64,000 nt of DNA from NCBI GenBank assembly GCA_021813405.1, contig JAKAKS010000008.1, positions 62,771-126,770 on the forward strand. Direction: 5' to 3'. A program made the translations under genes and the position numbers. The DNA is from Nitrospirota bacterium (GTDB taxonomy: Bacteria > Nitrospirota > Thermodesulfovibrionia > Thermodesulfovibrionales > JdFR-88). Under the pieces are notes generated by a model, which did not search any database, was not told the origin of the DNA, and was given only the letters and a program-made list of their open reading frames with translations. This document shows positions 49,401 through 59,038 of this stretch, piece after piece (within the stretch, counting starts at the first letter, position 1; each line of letters begins with the position of its first letter).

Positions 49401-52400
49401 TTAGCTCTGCCGTTTCAGTTGCGCGTTTTTAGTGCTGAACAGCACGGCCCTGTTTCTCATCCAGCCCTGCGTCTTGTCCATGTAAACGTATATCACAGGG
49501 GTAAGGAAAAGCGTAATCAGCTGCGAGAAGAACAGCCCGCCCACAACCGCAAGCCCCAGCGGCCTGCGGGACTCCGCCCCCGCCCCGAACCCGATGGCTA
49601 TGGGCAGGGTGCCCATAAGCGCGGCCATGGTGGTCATCATGATGGGGCGGAACCTTATAAGGCAGCCCTGGTAAATGGCCTCTTCGGGGTTTTTGCCATC
49701 TTTCCTTTCCGCATCCAGCGCAAAGTCTATCATCATGATCGCGTTTTTCTTCACTATGCCGATTAGCATTATTATCCCTACAAACGCGTACAGGTCCAGT
49801 TCCATGCCAAATATCTTCAGGGTCAGAAGCGCGCCGAAGGCGGCCGCCGGCAGGCCGGAAAGGATCGTAAGCGGGTGTATGAAGCTTTCATAAAGTATCC
49901 CAAGCACTATGTAGATAACAAGTATGGCCATTATAAGCAGCATGCCAAGCCCGCGCACGGAACTTTGAAACGCCTGGGCGGTGCCCTGGAAGCTTGTTGT
50001 GATAGTGGGCCCCAGCGTGCCTACCGCGGCCTTCTGCACCTCCGCAACCGCCTGGCTCAGTGAATAGCCGGGCTTCAGGTTGAACGAGATCGTCACGGCG
50101 GGTATCTGGCCCAGGTGGTTTACAGTGAGCGGGCCCACGCCGGGCGTAAGGCGCGCAACTTCGCTTAATGGCACCAGCTGGCCGGAATTGGAACGTATAT
50201 ACAGTTCAGACAGGGCGGCGGGGTCCTTCTGGTACTGCGGCTCCAGCTCCATTATCACCTGGTATTCGTTATTTGGCGCATATATCGTGGATACCTGCCT
50301 GGAGCCATATGCCGTGTAAAGCGCGTTTTCTATCTGCTGGGCCGTTACCCCCATGGAGGACGCCTTGTCCCTGTCTATCTGCACGTTTACCTGGGGGTTG
50401 GATATCTCAAGGTCGCTTGTCACGTCTTGCAGCCCCGGAAGCGTGCGCATCTTGTCCTCCATCTGTCCGGCGCCTGCGTAAAGCTCATCCGTACTGGGGG
50501 ACTCCAGGGTGTACTGGTACTGGCTTTTTGTGAGCATGCCGCCAATGCGTATGGTTGGCAGGTTCTGCATGAACACGCGGATGCCCGGCACTGCCGCAAA
50601 CTTGCCTCTCAGCTCCTGTATTATCTTGTCTATGCCCGGGCGCTGGTTCCGGGGTTTCAGCTTCATGAACATCCTGCCCTGGTTTATGGCCACGCTTGGG
50701 CCGGCAGGGCCGATGGCGGACATGAAGGACTCCACGTTGGGGTCTTTCTCAACAATGGCCATCAATTTTTTCTGGTGCGCCTTCATCGAATCGAAAGATA
50801 CGCCCTGGGAGGCCTCGGTGAAGGCGAATATCAGCCCGTTGTCCTCACTGGGCAAAAACCCCTTGGGCATGGTAACAAAGAGGTAAACGGTGCCGGCCAG
50901 TATCAGCACGGCAACTGACAGCACGGCCGGCTTATGCCGCAGCACTGTTTTTAACGTGCGCTCGTAGATGTTCAGCATCCCTGTAAATACTTTTTCCGAT
51001 GCTTGGTAAACCTTTCCGTGGTGCACATCGTGCGCGTGCTTTAGTATGCGGCTGCAAAGCATCGGGGTAAGCGTAAGCGAGACGAAACCCGATATCAGCA
51101 CCGCCGCGCTTATCGCAACCGCAAACTCGTGCAGCAGCCTGCCTATTACCCCGCCCATGAACAGCACAGGGATAAATACAGCGACCAGCGAGATCGTCAT
51201 TGAAACAATGGTAAAGCCGATCTCCTTTGAGCCTTTAAGGGCGGCCTGTAAAACGGGCTCGCCATGCTCGGTATGGCGCACTATGTTTTCAAGCATGACG
51301 ATTGCGTCGTCCACCACAAAACCCACCGATAGCGTAAGGGCCATCAGCGAAAGGTTGTCCACGCTGTAGCCCATCAGGTACATCACCACGAACGTGCCGA
51401 TAAGGGACATGGGCAGGGCCAGGCTTGGGATTATTGTGGCGGAGACGTTTCTCAGGAAAAGAAATATCACCATGATAACCAGGCAAAGCGCCAGCAAAAG
51501 GGTGAATTTCACGTCGTGAACAGATTGCATTATGGAGACGGACCTGTCGTAAAGTATGTTCATCCCCACGGACGGCGGCATCTGGGCCTGAAGCTTCGGC
51601 AACAGGGCCTTGATATTATCCACCACCTCCACCGTATTTGTGCCGGGCTGCCGCATGATGGCCAGCACCACCCCGCGTGTTCCGTTATACCAGCTTGCTA
51701 TCTTGTTGTTCTCCACGCTGTCAAACACGTTGCCTATCTGGTCCAGCCGTACGGGCGCGCCGTTGCGGTATGCAACAATAATGGGCCTGTACGCCTTTGC
51801 GTCCGTAAGCTGGCCTGCCGCCTGGATGGTTGTGGCCTGAGTGTTTCCCCACAGGGTGCCGGTGGGCAGGTTCACGTTGGCGTTCTGCACGGCGCTGGCG
51901 GCCTCGTCTATGCCGATGCCCATGGAGGCCATTTTATTTGGATCAAGCTGGGCGCGGACGGCGTACTTCTGGGAGCCAAACACGTTTACCTGCGCCACGC
52001 CGCTTATCATAGACAGCCTTTGGGAGATAAGCGTTTCCGCGTACTCGTCCACAGTGGACAGCGGAAGGGTGGGCGAGTGCAGGGCTATGAAGATAACCGG
52101 CTGGTCCGCCGGGTTCACCTTCTGGTACGTTGGCGGGGTTGGCATATTGGGCGGAAGCTGGTTTGCCGCCTTGGCTATCGCGGCCTGCACGTCCTGGGCG
52201 GCCGCGTCTATACTGCGGCTGAGGTCAAACTGTAGCGTTATCTGGGTATTGCCAAGGGCGTTTGTGGACGTCATCGAATCCAGCCCCGCTATTGTGGAGA
52301 ACTGCTTTTCCAGCGGGGTTGCGATTGAGGACGCCATGGTCTCCGGGCTGGAGCCCGGCAGCGACGCAGTAACCAGTATCGTGGGGAAATCCACATTGGG

Positions 52401-52511
52401 CAGGTCGCTAACCGGCAGGAGCTTGTAGCTGATAACTCCAAATACCAGGATGGCCAGCATGATAAGCGTGGTGGCTATCGGGCGTTTTATAAAAACTTCG
52501 GATATGCTCAC
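49401..52511 (-). CDS. RND efflux transporter, inner-membrane permease (AcrB/MdtC family)
   Basis: 1036 aa. 12-TM RND architecture, FIKRPIATTL N-terminus. Confidence 0.95.
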   Translation of the reverse strand: MSISEVFIKRPIATTLIMLAILVFGVISYKLLPVSDLPNVDFPTILVTASLPGSSPETMASSIATPLEKQFSTIAGLDSMTSTNALGNTQITLQFDLSRSIDAAAQDVQAAIAKAANQLPPNMPTPPTYQKVNPADQPVIFIALHSPTLPLSTVDEYAETLISQRLSMISGVAQVNVFGSQKYAVRAQLDPNKMASMGIGIDEAASAVQNANVNLPTGTLWGNTQATTIQAAGQLTDAKAYRPIIVAYRNGAPVRLDQIGNVFDSVENNKIASWYNGTRGVVLAIMRQPGTNTVEVVDNIKALLPKLQAQMPPSVGMNILYDRSVSIMQSVHDVKFTLLLALCLVIMVIFLFLRNVSATIIPSLALPMSLIGTFVVMYLMGYSVDNLSLMALTLSVGFVVDDAIVMLENIVRHTEHGEPVLQAALKGSKEIGFTIVSMTISLVAVFIPVLFMGGVIGRLLHEFAVAISAAVLISGFVSLTLTPMLCSRILKHAHDVHHGKVYQASEKVFTGMLNIYERTLKTVLRHKPAVLSVAVLILAGTVYLFVTMPKGFLPSEDNGLIFAFTEASQGVSFDSMKAHQKKLMAIVEKDPNVESFMSAIGPAGPSVAINQGRMFMKLKPRNQRPGIDKIIQELRGKFAAVPGIRVFMQNLPTIRIGGMLTKSQYQYTLESPSTDELYAGAGQMEDKMRTLPGLQDVTSDLEISNPQVNVQIDRDKASSMGVTAQQIENALYTAYGSRQVSTIYAPNNEYQVIMELEPQYQKDPAALSELYIRSNSGQLVPLSEVARLTPGVGPLTVNHLGQIPAVTISFNLKPGYSLSQAVAEVQKAAVGTLGPTITTSFQGTAQAFQSSVRGLGMLLIMAILVIYIVLGILYESFIHPLTILSGLPAAAFGALLTLKIFGMELDLYAFVGIIMLIGIVKKNAIMMIDFALDAERKDGKNPEEAIYQGCLIRFRPIMMTTMAALMGTLPIAIGFGAGAESRRPLGLAVVGGLFFSQLITLFLTPVIYVYMDKTQGWMRNRAVLFSTKNAQLKRQS

Positions 52512-52518
52512 AGCTTTT

Positions 52519-53706
52519 TCAGCGCGCCGCGCCCGCCACTGTGTTAGTGGATGCGTTAACCGCGCCAGAGGCTGTGGCGGCGGGGATTATCTTCACCTTC
52601 ACCCCAGGCATAAGCCTGGACTGGCCATCCGTAACCACCCTTTCGTCTGCTGAAAGGCCGGACTGGATTACCGTATATCCCCTGTATGATATCCCGGTCT
52701 TCACCGGGCGGACCTGCGCGGCCATGTCCGGGGTTATTACAAATACATATTCCCCCTTCTGGCCCGTCTGCACGGTGGGCGAGGGGACCACAACGGCATT
52801 CTTTAATGTGTACAGATAAAGCGAAACATTAAGGAACTGTCCCGGCCATAGCCGTCCGTTTTTGTTGGGGAACTCCGCCTTCAGCAGTACCGTGCCTGTG
52901 GACGTGTCCACAACATTGTTTATGAACACCAGCCGTCCTTCTTCAGGGGCGGATTCTCCAGCCGGGTACGCCTTTACCTTAAGTACGCCCGCGGACATGT
53001 ATTTTTTTATCTGGTCCAGGTACTGCTGGTTTACTGAAAAAGAGACGTAGATGGGGCTGATCTTGTCTATGGTGAGGATAGGCACGTCATTGGCTTTTAC
53101 GACGTTGCCTCCCTGTATGAGTATGCTTCCGGTCTTTCCGTCCAGCGGGGATTTTATATAGCAATATGCAAGCTGTACTTTGGCGTTTTCCACATTCGCC
53201 TGGTCCGCCTTCACAAGGGCGGCCTGGGCAGCGGCATTGGAGCTCATCTGGTCAAACTGCTCCTTGGCAACATAGTCCTTCTTTACAAGCAGGCCATACC
53301 TCTTTTGTTCCTCCTGCCAGTATTTTGCCTGCGCGGAGTCCCTTGCAAGCGTGGCCTCTGCCTGGGCCAGGGCGGCCTCAAACGGCCTGGGGTCAATCAG
53401 GAACAGCATCTGCCCCTTGCGCACGTTCTGGCCCTCTGTAAAATAGACCTTTTCTATCTGGCCGTTTACCATCGACTTTATCTGCACCGTCTGCATGGAT
53501 TCCGCATTGCCGATAGCGGTTACCGTTACAGGCACGTCCTTTGAGGACGAGACCGCGGCAATCACGGGGACAACCATCGCCTTCGGCTTCGGGGCGGTCT
53601 TCTTATCGCAGCCTGTAAAGGCAGTAGCTGCAATCAATGCAAATAAGACGGCCGCGCTCCGGCAAAGGATTTTCCGGGGGAGCGCATTTGAAAAACCGGC
53701 CTTCAC
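52519..53706 (-). CDS. RND efflux periplasmic adaptor (membrane fusion protein)
   Basis: 395 aa. Lipobox-like FTGC, coiled-coil hairpin and beta-barrel regions. Confidence 0.9.
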   Translation of the reverse strand: MKAGFSNALPRKILCRSAAVLFALIAATAFTGCDKKTAPKPKAMVVPVIAAVSSSKDVPVTVTAIGNAESMQTVQIKSMVNGQIEKVYFTEGQNVRKGQMLFLIDPRPFEAALAQAEATLARDSAQAKYWQEEQKRYGLLVKKDYVAKEQFDQMSSNAAAQAALVKADQANVENAKVQLAYCYIKSPLDGKTGSILIQGGNVVKANDVPILTIDKISPIYVSFSVNQQYLDQIKKYMSAGVLKVKAYPAGESAPEEGRLVFINNVVDTSTGTVLLKAEFPNKNGRLWPGQFLNVSLYLYTLKNAVVVPSPTVQTGQKGEYVFVITPDMAAQVRPVKTGISYRGYTVIQSGLSADERVVTDGQSRLMPGVKVKIIPAATASGAVNASTNTVAGAAR

Positions 53707-55037
53707 TTTGGACCTCCCAGGCCCATGGCCCTTTCAAGCGCGGCCTGGGCGGTTTTGTAATTATAAAGGGCTGCGTTACATGAGTAGCCGGCGCTTACGT
53801 ATGCCGCCATCGCGTCGGACACCTCTATCTGATTGCCAACACCGTATTTATACCTGCCGTTTGCCACGTCAAGGTTCTCTTTGGCCTGCGTCAAAGCCAG
53901 ATTGGCGGCGTCCACGCTTTGTCTTGCCACGTCCGTCTGTATCCATGCCTGGTCCACCTGCAAATATATGGCCTGCCTGAGTGCCGTCTCGTTCTGTTTC
54001 AGCAGGGCCAGCGCGGCCGTATTTTCACGTGCCTGGTATTTTGTGATAAACCCGTTAAAAACCGGGAAAGTGATAGTCGCCCCCGCGCCCCAGGCATGTT
54101 CAAGCGGAAACCTTTCGCCGCCATAGCCGTATTCGGCGCTGGCGGTGATGAAAGGCAGGAAGTTGCTCTTTGCCAGCCTGATAGCCTGTTTTTGTGACTG
54201 TTCCCTTAGAATCAGGGATTGCAGGTCCGCCCTCTGGTTGTAAGCCGAGGAAAGTGCATCGGCCAGAGTGGGCCCGGTCGGGCTGATGGAAAGATTGTCC
54301 TGTATAGTGTAATCCGGCGCGTTTGTAAGCCCCATTGCGTTATTCAGCTGGATTTTGGCAACCTTCACTGCGCCGCCCGCGTTAAGCAGGGCCAGCTTCG
54401 CGTTGGAGAGGTCCACCTCCGCGCGGGTCACGTCATATTTGGCCACTGTGCCGGCGCTGTGAAAGGCCAGGGCCTGGTCCAGATGCTGCTGGAACTGCGT
54501 GACGGCCTGCTGCTGCACGGCCAGATTGTGTATGGCCTGAAGCACGCCGAAATACGCCTGTTTTATCGCAAGTATTACGCTGTCCTGCGTGTCCCTAAGG
54601 TCTTTTTGGGAGGACCGGAACAGGAATTGCTGTCCCTTTACGCTGGAGGATGTGCGGCCGAAATCATATATGTTCTGCGACAGCGAGGCGGTGCCTGAAA
54701 ACCCGATAACCCCGTTAGTCCTGCCGGCGGAAAACGCGCTGGCTGCTGGGGCGCCGGTTGAGGCCGTGAAGTCCCCGGCCTGGGCGCTTACCTGCGGATA
54801 ATAGGCGGATTTTGCCTCCCCAACCCTGTTTTTGTTTACCAGTGCCGCTTGTCTTGCCGCCGCTATGGCGGGGTTTAGCCGCAGGCCAATCTCCAGGCAT
54901 CTTTCCAGGCTGATTGTTTCGCCGGGTTTAATAGGCGGCACTGCCTGCCCGCCGGAAGTGGCCGCGTTCTGCGCCATTGCCGGCAAGGGCAGAAGAACCA
55001 ATACAAATAGAATCTTCGATATGTACTTAAGGCGCAT
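53703..55037 (-). CDS. TolC-family outer membrane efflux protein
   Basis: 444 aa. Signal peptide and duplicated OEP repeats. 4-nt overlap with the adaptor gene. Confidence 0.9.
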   Translation of the reverse strand: MRLKYISKILFVLVLLPLPAMAQNAATSGGQAVPPIKPGETISLERCLEIGLRLNPAIAAARQAALVNKNRVGEAKSAYYPQVSAQAGDFTASTGAPAASAFSAGRTNGVIGFSGTASLSQNIYDFGRTSSSVKGQQFLFRSSQKDLRDTQDSVILAIKQAYFGVLQAIHNLAVQQQAVTQFQQHLDQALAFHSAGTVAKYDVTRAEVDLSNAKLALLNAGGAVKVAKIQLNNAMGLTNAPDYTIQDNLSISPTGPTLADALSSAYNQRADLQSLILREQSQKQAIRLAKSNFLPFITASAEYGYGGERFPLEHAWGAGATITFPVFNGFITKYQARENTAALALLKQNETALRQAIYLQVDQAWIQTDVARQSVDAANLALTQAKENLDVANGRYKYGVGNQIEVSDAMAAYVSAGYSCNAALYNYKTAQAALERAMGLGGPK

Positions 55038-55203
55038 TGTTGTAAATGTTAGCGAGTGCTTACTTAATATACATCAGCCGCCAAATAAAGGGAAGCCCCG
55101 CGCCTATCAATGTTAGAACTAAATGGGCCATAATGTGTAAAATAATGGATGGGCCGTTTTTTTTCCGGGCCGGTTTTTCCAGGGAGGAGCAGAGGAACTT
55201 AAA

Positions 55204-56322
55204 TTGTTACGGTTCAGCAAGTCACATAACGTACTGGCCGGAAGGCTGATAGTAACCGTGGGCGCTCTCATTGGCACTGGGGCCATCCTCTTCGGCCTTA
55301 TATTCATCAAGTACAGGGAAGTGCTTACCGTAGAAAAGCTCGTTTTGATTACGGCCTGTTTCGTGGCAACCATCAGCGTTTTGCTCTGCACTATCCTCTA
55401 CTACTTTGTATCAAAGCCGGTTGCCCTGCTTGAGGCCGGGATGAAAAGAATAGCGGCTGGAGAACTGGGCCAGCCCATTGAGATCAACTCCAGTGATGAA
55501 ATGGGGCTGCTTGCAAGGACGCTGAACTCCATGTCCGCGGACATGAAGCTGTATCATGAGCGGATGGAAGACGCGGTCAGCGAAAAGACCCGCAAGATAA
55601 TGGAGGCGCAGGAGGAACTGATAAACGCCGAAAAGCTTGCCTCGCTAGGGCGTATGGCGGCTGGCGTTGCCCACGAGATAAACAGCCCGCTTACCGGCAT
55701 TATCACCTTTGCCCACCTGGTGAAAGACAGTCTTCCGGCCGAAGACGGCCAGATAAGGGAGGACGTGCAGGTGATTATCGACCAGGCCAACCGGTGCTCC
55801 GCAATAATAAAGGGCCTTCTGGGGTTTGCCAGGAGGACCGATTTTGAAGTGGTGGACCTGGACTTAAACGTGCTCATCAGGACCGTTGTGGACATGGTGA
55901 AAAAGCAGGCCCGGTTCCACAATATCCGGTTGGACATGGCGCTGGATTATCACCTGCAGCCGGCCAGGGCCGACGCCAACCAGCTTCAGCAGGTTTTTTT
56001 AAACCTGCTTATAAACGCAGCCGACGCCATGAATGAGAAGGGCTCCATCTTCATATCCACGCGCTTATTGAAGGGCGACGGCGGCCGCGGCATGTTCGAG
56101 ATAGAATTCACGGACTCCGGGCCCGGAATACCGGAGGAGCATATAAACAAGATATTCGAGCCGTTCTTTACCACCAAGCCTGTGGGCAAGGGCACGGGGC
56201 TTGGGCTTGCGGTGAGCTACGGCATAATCAAAAAATACGGCGGTGACATTATCGTAAAGAGCGCCCCTGGCAAAGGTGCCAGCTTCTTTATAAGGCTGCC
56301 GATGCAGGGTGAGGCAAAATGA
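55204..56322 (+). CDS. Sensor histidine kinase (TM-HAMP-HisKA-HATPase)
   Basis: 372 aa. H-box AAGVAHEINSPLTGI. N/G boxes LLINAADAM, GTGLGLAVSYGII. Confidence 0.85.
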   Translation: MLRFSKSHNVLAGRLIVTVGALIGTGAILFGLIFIKYREVLTVEKLVLITACFVATISVLLCTILYYFVSKPVALLEAGMKRIAAGELGQPIEINSSDEMGLLARTLNSMSADMKLYHERMEDAVSEKTRKIMEAQEELINAEKLASLGRMAAGVAHEINSPLTGIITFAHLVKDSLPAEDGQIREDVQVIIDQANRCSAIIKGLLGFARRTDFEVVDLDLNVLIRTVVDMVKKQARFHNIRLDMALDYHLQPARADANQLQQVFLNLLINAADAMNEKGSIFISTRLLKGDGGRGMFEIEFTDSGPGIPEEHINKIFEPFFTTKPVGKGTGLGLAVSYGIIKKYGGDIIVKSAPGKGASFFIRLPMQGEAK

Positions 56323-56696
56323 AACAAAACGCGAATATTCTGGTAATAGACGACGAGGAAATAATCAGGAAAAGCTGCTTGCGCATACTGGAGCCTTTGG
56401 GGTTCAAAGTAGATACTGCTCCGGACGGGCCAAGCGCGCTTTCCATGCTGGGCAACAGGAGGACCTACGACCTTGTGCTCACCGACCTCAAGATGCCCAA
56501 TATGGACGGCCTGGAGGTCATGGCGGAGATACTGAAGCGCTTCCCCGGCTTAAGGATAATACTTGTTACCGGGTACAGCACCCGCGAGACCGCGGCCAGC
56601 GCCCTCAAGATGGGGGCTTTCAATTATGTTGAAAAGCCCTTCAATCCCGAAGTCCTGGGCACGGTGGTAAGAGAGGCCCTTGAGGGGATTGATTGA
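56319..56696 (+). CDS. Single-domain response regulator
   Basis: 125 aa. VIDDEE, LVLTDLKMP, EKPF. ATGA overlap with the kinase gene. Confidence 0.9.
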   Translation: MKQNANILVIDDEEIIRKSCLRILEPLGFKVDTAPDGPSALSMLGNRRTYDLVLTDLKMPNMDGLEVMAEILKRFPGLRIILVTGYSTRETAASALKMGAFNYVEKPFNPEVLGTVVREALEGID

Positions 56697-58072
56697 CGAA
56701 AATCCTCGTCCTGGATGACGAAGATATTGTCCTTAAGGCCTCCAGGCGTGTGCTTGAGTCCGAAGGCTACGCCGTAGAGACCACCGCTTCTCCTGAAAAT
56801 GCCCTGTCCGTAATAGAATCATCCTCCGTGGACATTGTACTGTCCGACCTGAGAATGCCCGGCATGGACGGGCTGGAATTCCTGAAAAAAGCAAGGGAGA
56901 TATCGCCTGAAACCGAGGTGATTATAATAACCGGGCAAGGCACCATAAAAAGCGCCGTGGAGGCGCTTAAGTTCGGGGCCTATGATTTTATAGAAAAACC
57001 CCTCAACCCGGACCAGCTTAAGTCCCTTGTGGCCCGCTGCCTGGAGAGGAAAAACCTGCTGTCGGAAAACCGCGAACTCAAGAAAGAGGTGCGGGCGCTA
57101 TATAACCTTGAAAACGTTATAGGCCGGTCCGCGCCGATGCAGGAGGTTTTCGAGCTTGTGGCGAAGGTGTCCAGGCTGGACACCACCGTTTTGATAGAAG
57201 GCCAGTCCGGCACCGGCAAGGAGCTTGTGGCCAGGGCCATCCATTACAACAGCCCAAGGCGCGACGGCCCCTTTGTGGTGATAGACTGCGTCACCATACC
57301 GGAGAACCTCATGGAGTCCGAACTGTTCGGGCACGTAAAAGGCTCGTTTACGGGGGCTGGGGCAACGGAAAAAGGGCTTGTGGAGCTTGCCAGGGGCGGC
57401 ACCCTGTTTTTTGACGAAATCGGCAACCTGCCCGAGACCGTCCAGGTAAAGCTCCTGCGGCTCCTTCAGGAAAAGGAATTCAGGCCGGTAGGCTCCAGGC
57501 AGATTTTCAAGGCGGACTCCAGGATAATTGCCGCCACAAACGCAAACCTTCAGCAGATGGCCGCCGAAGGCAAATTCCGGGAAGACCTTTATTACAGGCT
57601 TAACGTCTTCCCGATAAAAATGCCGCCCCTCAGCCTGCGCAAGGAGGACATTCCCGCCCTTGTGCGCCATTTCATAAAGAAGCATTCCGCAGCGTCCGGA
57701 CGGCGCAAGCTGCCGGATGTGTCCGTGGAGGCCATGAGCCGGCTGGTAAGGTACGACTGGCCCGGCAATGTCCGCGAGCTTGAAAATTCAATTCAAAGGG
57801 CGCTTATAATGGCGGGCGAACAGAATATAGACGTAAATCATGTGCTGATTGGCGATGAAAGGCGGCTTGCCCCGGCATCCGTTGAGGAGCTTAAACAAAG
57901 GAAGAAAGAGGCCCGCGCCAGGTCAGCCGGCGAGCTTGAGAAATCCTTCCTTATAGACCTGCTTACCAGAAACGGCTGGAACGTAACCCGCGCCGCTGCC
58001 GATGCAGGCATGGAGCGCACCAACTTCCACGCCATGATGAAGAAGCACAGGATAAAAAGACCGGAGAAGTAA
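56693..58072 (+). CDS. Sigma54-dependent response regulator (NtrC/AtoC family)
   Basis: 459 aa. Receiver + AAA+ (GQSGTGKE, GAFTGA-like GSFTGA, ESELFGH) + C-terminal Fis-type HTH. Confidence 0.9.
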   Translation: MTKILVLDDEDIVLKASRRVLESEGYAVETTASPENALSVIESSSVDIVLSDLRMPGMDGLEFLKKAREISPETEVIIITGQGTIKSAVEALKFGAYDFIEKPLNPDQLKSLVARCLERKNLLSENRELKKEVRALYNLENVIGRSAPMQEVFELVAKVSRLDTTVLIEGQSGTGKELVARAIHYNSPRRDGPFVVIDCVTIPENLMESELFGHVKGSFTGAGATEKGLVELARGGTLFFDEIGNLPETVQVKLLRLLQEKEFRPVGSRQIFKADSRIIAATNANLQQMAAEGKFREDLYYRLNVFPIKMPPLSLRKEDIPALVRHFIKKHSAASGRRKLPDVSVEAMSRLVRYDWPGNVRELENSIQRALIMAGEQNIDVNHVLIGDERRLAPASVEELKQRKKEARARSAGELEKSFLIDLLTRNGWNVTRAAADAGMERTNFHAMMKKHRIKRPEK

Positions 58073-58154
58073 AAAAACCTGAATTCTCCCTCCCCCTTCA
58101 GAGAAGAGGGGTTTAAATAACATTATTCCCTTATCCGGTTTAATATAATTTATT

Positions 58155-58410
58155 CCCGGAAGTCCGCCGCGCCAGGTAAGGCGGGGTGGGTAGTGAGCGA
58201 AGTGGCCGGGCGAGCCATTTCTGACCAGTGGCGCGGCGTTGGCCGTATTCATGTGAGCCGCGCGGCGCAGTTCTTAATTTATTGAAGCGAGACTAGGCCC
58301 TGTAACGCAGACGAACCCCGCCCCTCGGAAAAAAGGAAAAACTCAAATGAGAGGGCCAGGCGTACCGGCGAATGCCGCCGGAAAACGGAACAAGAAGGGC
58401 CCCGGACCGG
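58155..58410 (+). repeat. R1 element copy D (candidate ncRNA; best reference copy)
   Basis: AGTCCGCCGCGCC (58161-58173) is complementary to GGCGCGGCG (58230-58238). GTGAGCGAA. CCGTATTCATGTGAGCCGCGC (58243-58263). TAACGCAGACGAACCCCGCC (58303-58322) followed by CCTCGGAAAAAAGG. Confidence 0.6.
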
Positions 58411-58478
58411 AATCAGCAAGAATGGCAATCAGGGGATTAAGCCGGATATGCATTTAAGATTATTCCCTGATGTAAAGT

Positions 58479-58985
58479 TCATTTTCGAAGCCCATTTTTT
58501 ATTTTTAGCAATCCATCTACAACCCTTCTGTTTGACGGGTCTTTCTGGAGGGCCTGTTTTAAATAAAACTCCGCCCGTTCAGGCAGCCCAAGCTTCAGGT
58601 AAACCAGCCCAAGTTCCGCCTGGATGGCTGGGTCCTCCCGGTCCAGCGAAAGCGCGCGGTGAAGTATCTTTACGGCTTCCTTGTGATTTTCCAGCCTGGC
58701 AAGCGTAGAGCCGTAATAAAACATGTATTCCGGTCTTTTCGGGTCCAGCCCCGCAGCGAGGGTGAAAAACACCTCCGCCTTTTTAAAGTCGTTGTTCGAA
58801 TAATAAACCCTGCCCTGGTTGAAATTCTCCGATGCGGATTTTGGGTCCGGCGCAAGCTTTACCGAAGCCCCCGGCCTAAGCGTTGCATCGTAATTTATCC
58901 GTTTCGCGGGGTCTATCAGGTTAGCGTACGCAATCGAAATCCTGGAAAAAATAGCATTGAGCTTGTCCGTCAGTTCCACTGGCAT
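58479..58985 (-). CDS. 3' segment of a frameshifted J-domain/TPR gene (C-terminal J-domain helices plus TPR repeats)
   Basis: 168-aa ORF. The same frame stays open upstream and reads GQKAEPPEIKKAYYKAAREFHPDKNFH before the annotated M. TPR units follow. Confidence 0.7.
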   Translation of the reverse strand: MPVELTDKLNAIFSRISIAYANLIDPAKRINYDATLRPGASVKLAPDPKSASENFNQGRVYYSNNDFKKAEVFFTLAAGLDPKRPEYMFYYGSTLARLENHKEAVKILHRALSLDREDPAIQAELGLVYLKLGLPERAEFYLKQALQKDPSNRRVVDGLLKIKNGLRK

Positions 58986-59038
58986 GTGGAAATTCTTGTC
59001 CGGATGGAATTCCCTGGCGGCCTTGTAATACGCCTTTT

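Noticed and set aside
58155-58410. R1 as a known housekeeping RNA (RNase P RNA, tmRNA, SRP/4.5S, 6S) or as group II intron domains V/VI.
   Set aside because: It occurs in multiple copies within 64 kb. I could not find the universal RNase P GAGGAAAGTCC/ACAGAACCCGGCTTA-type blocks, a tRNA-like tmRNA end, or a 34-nt domain V hairpin. A covariance-model search is still needed.
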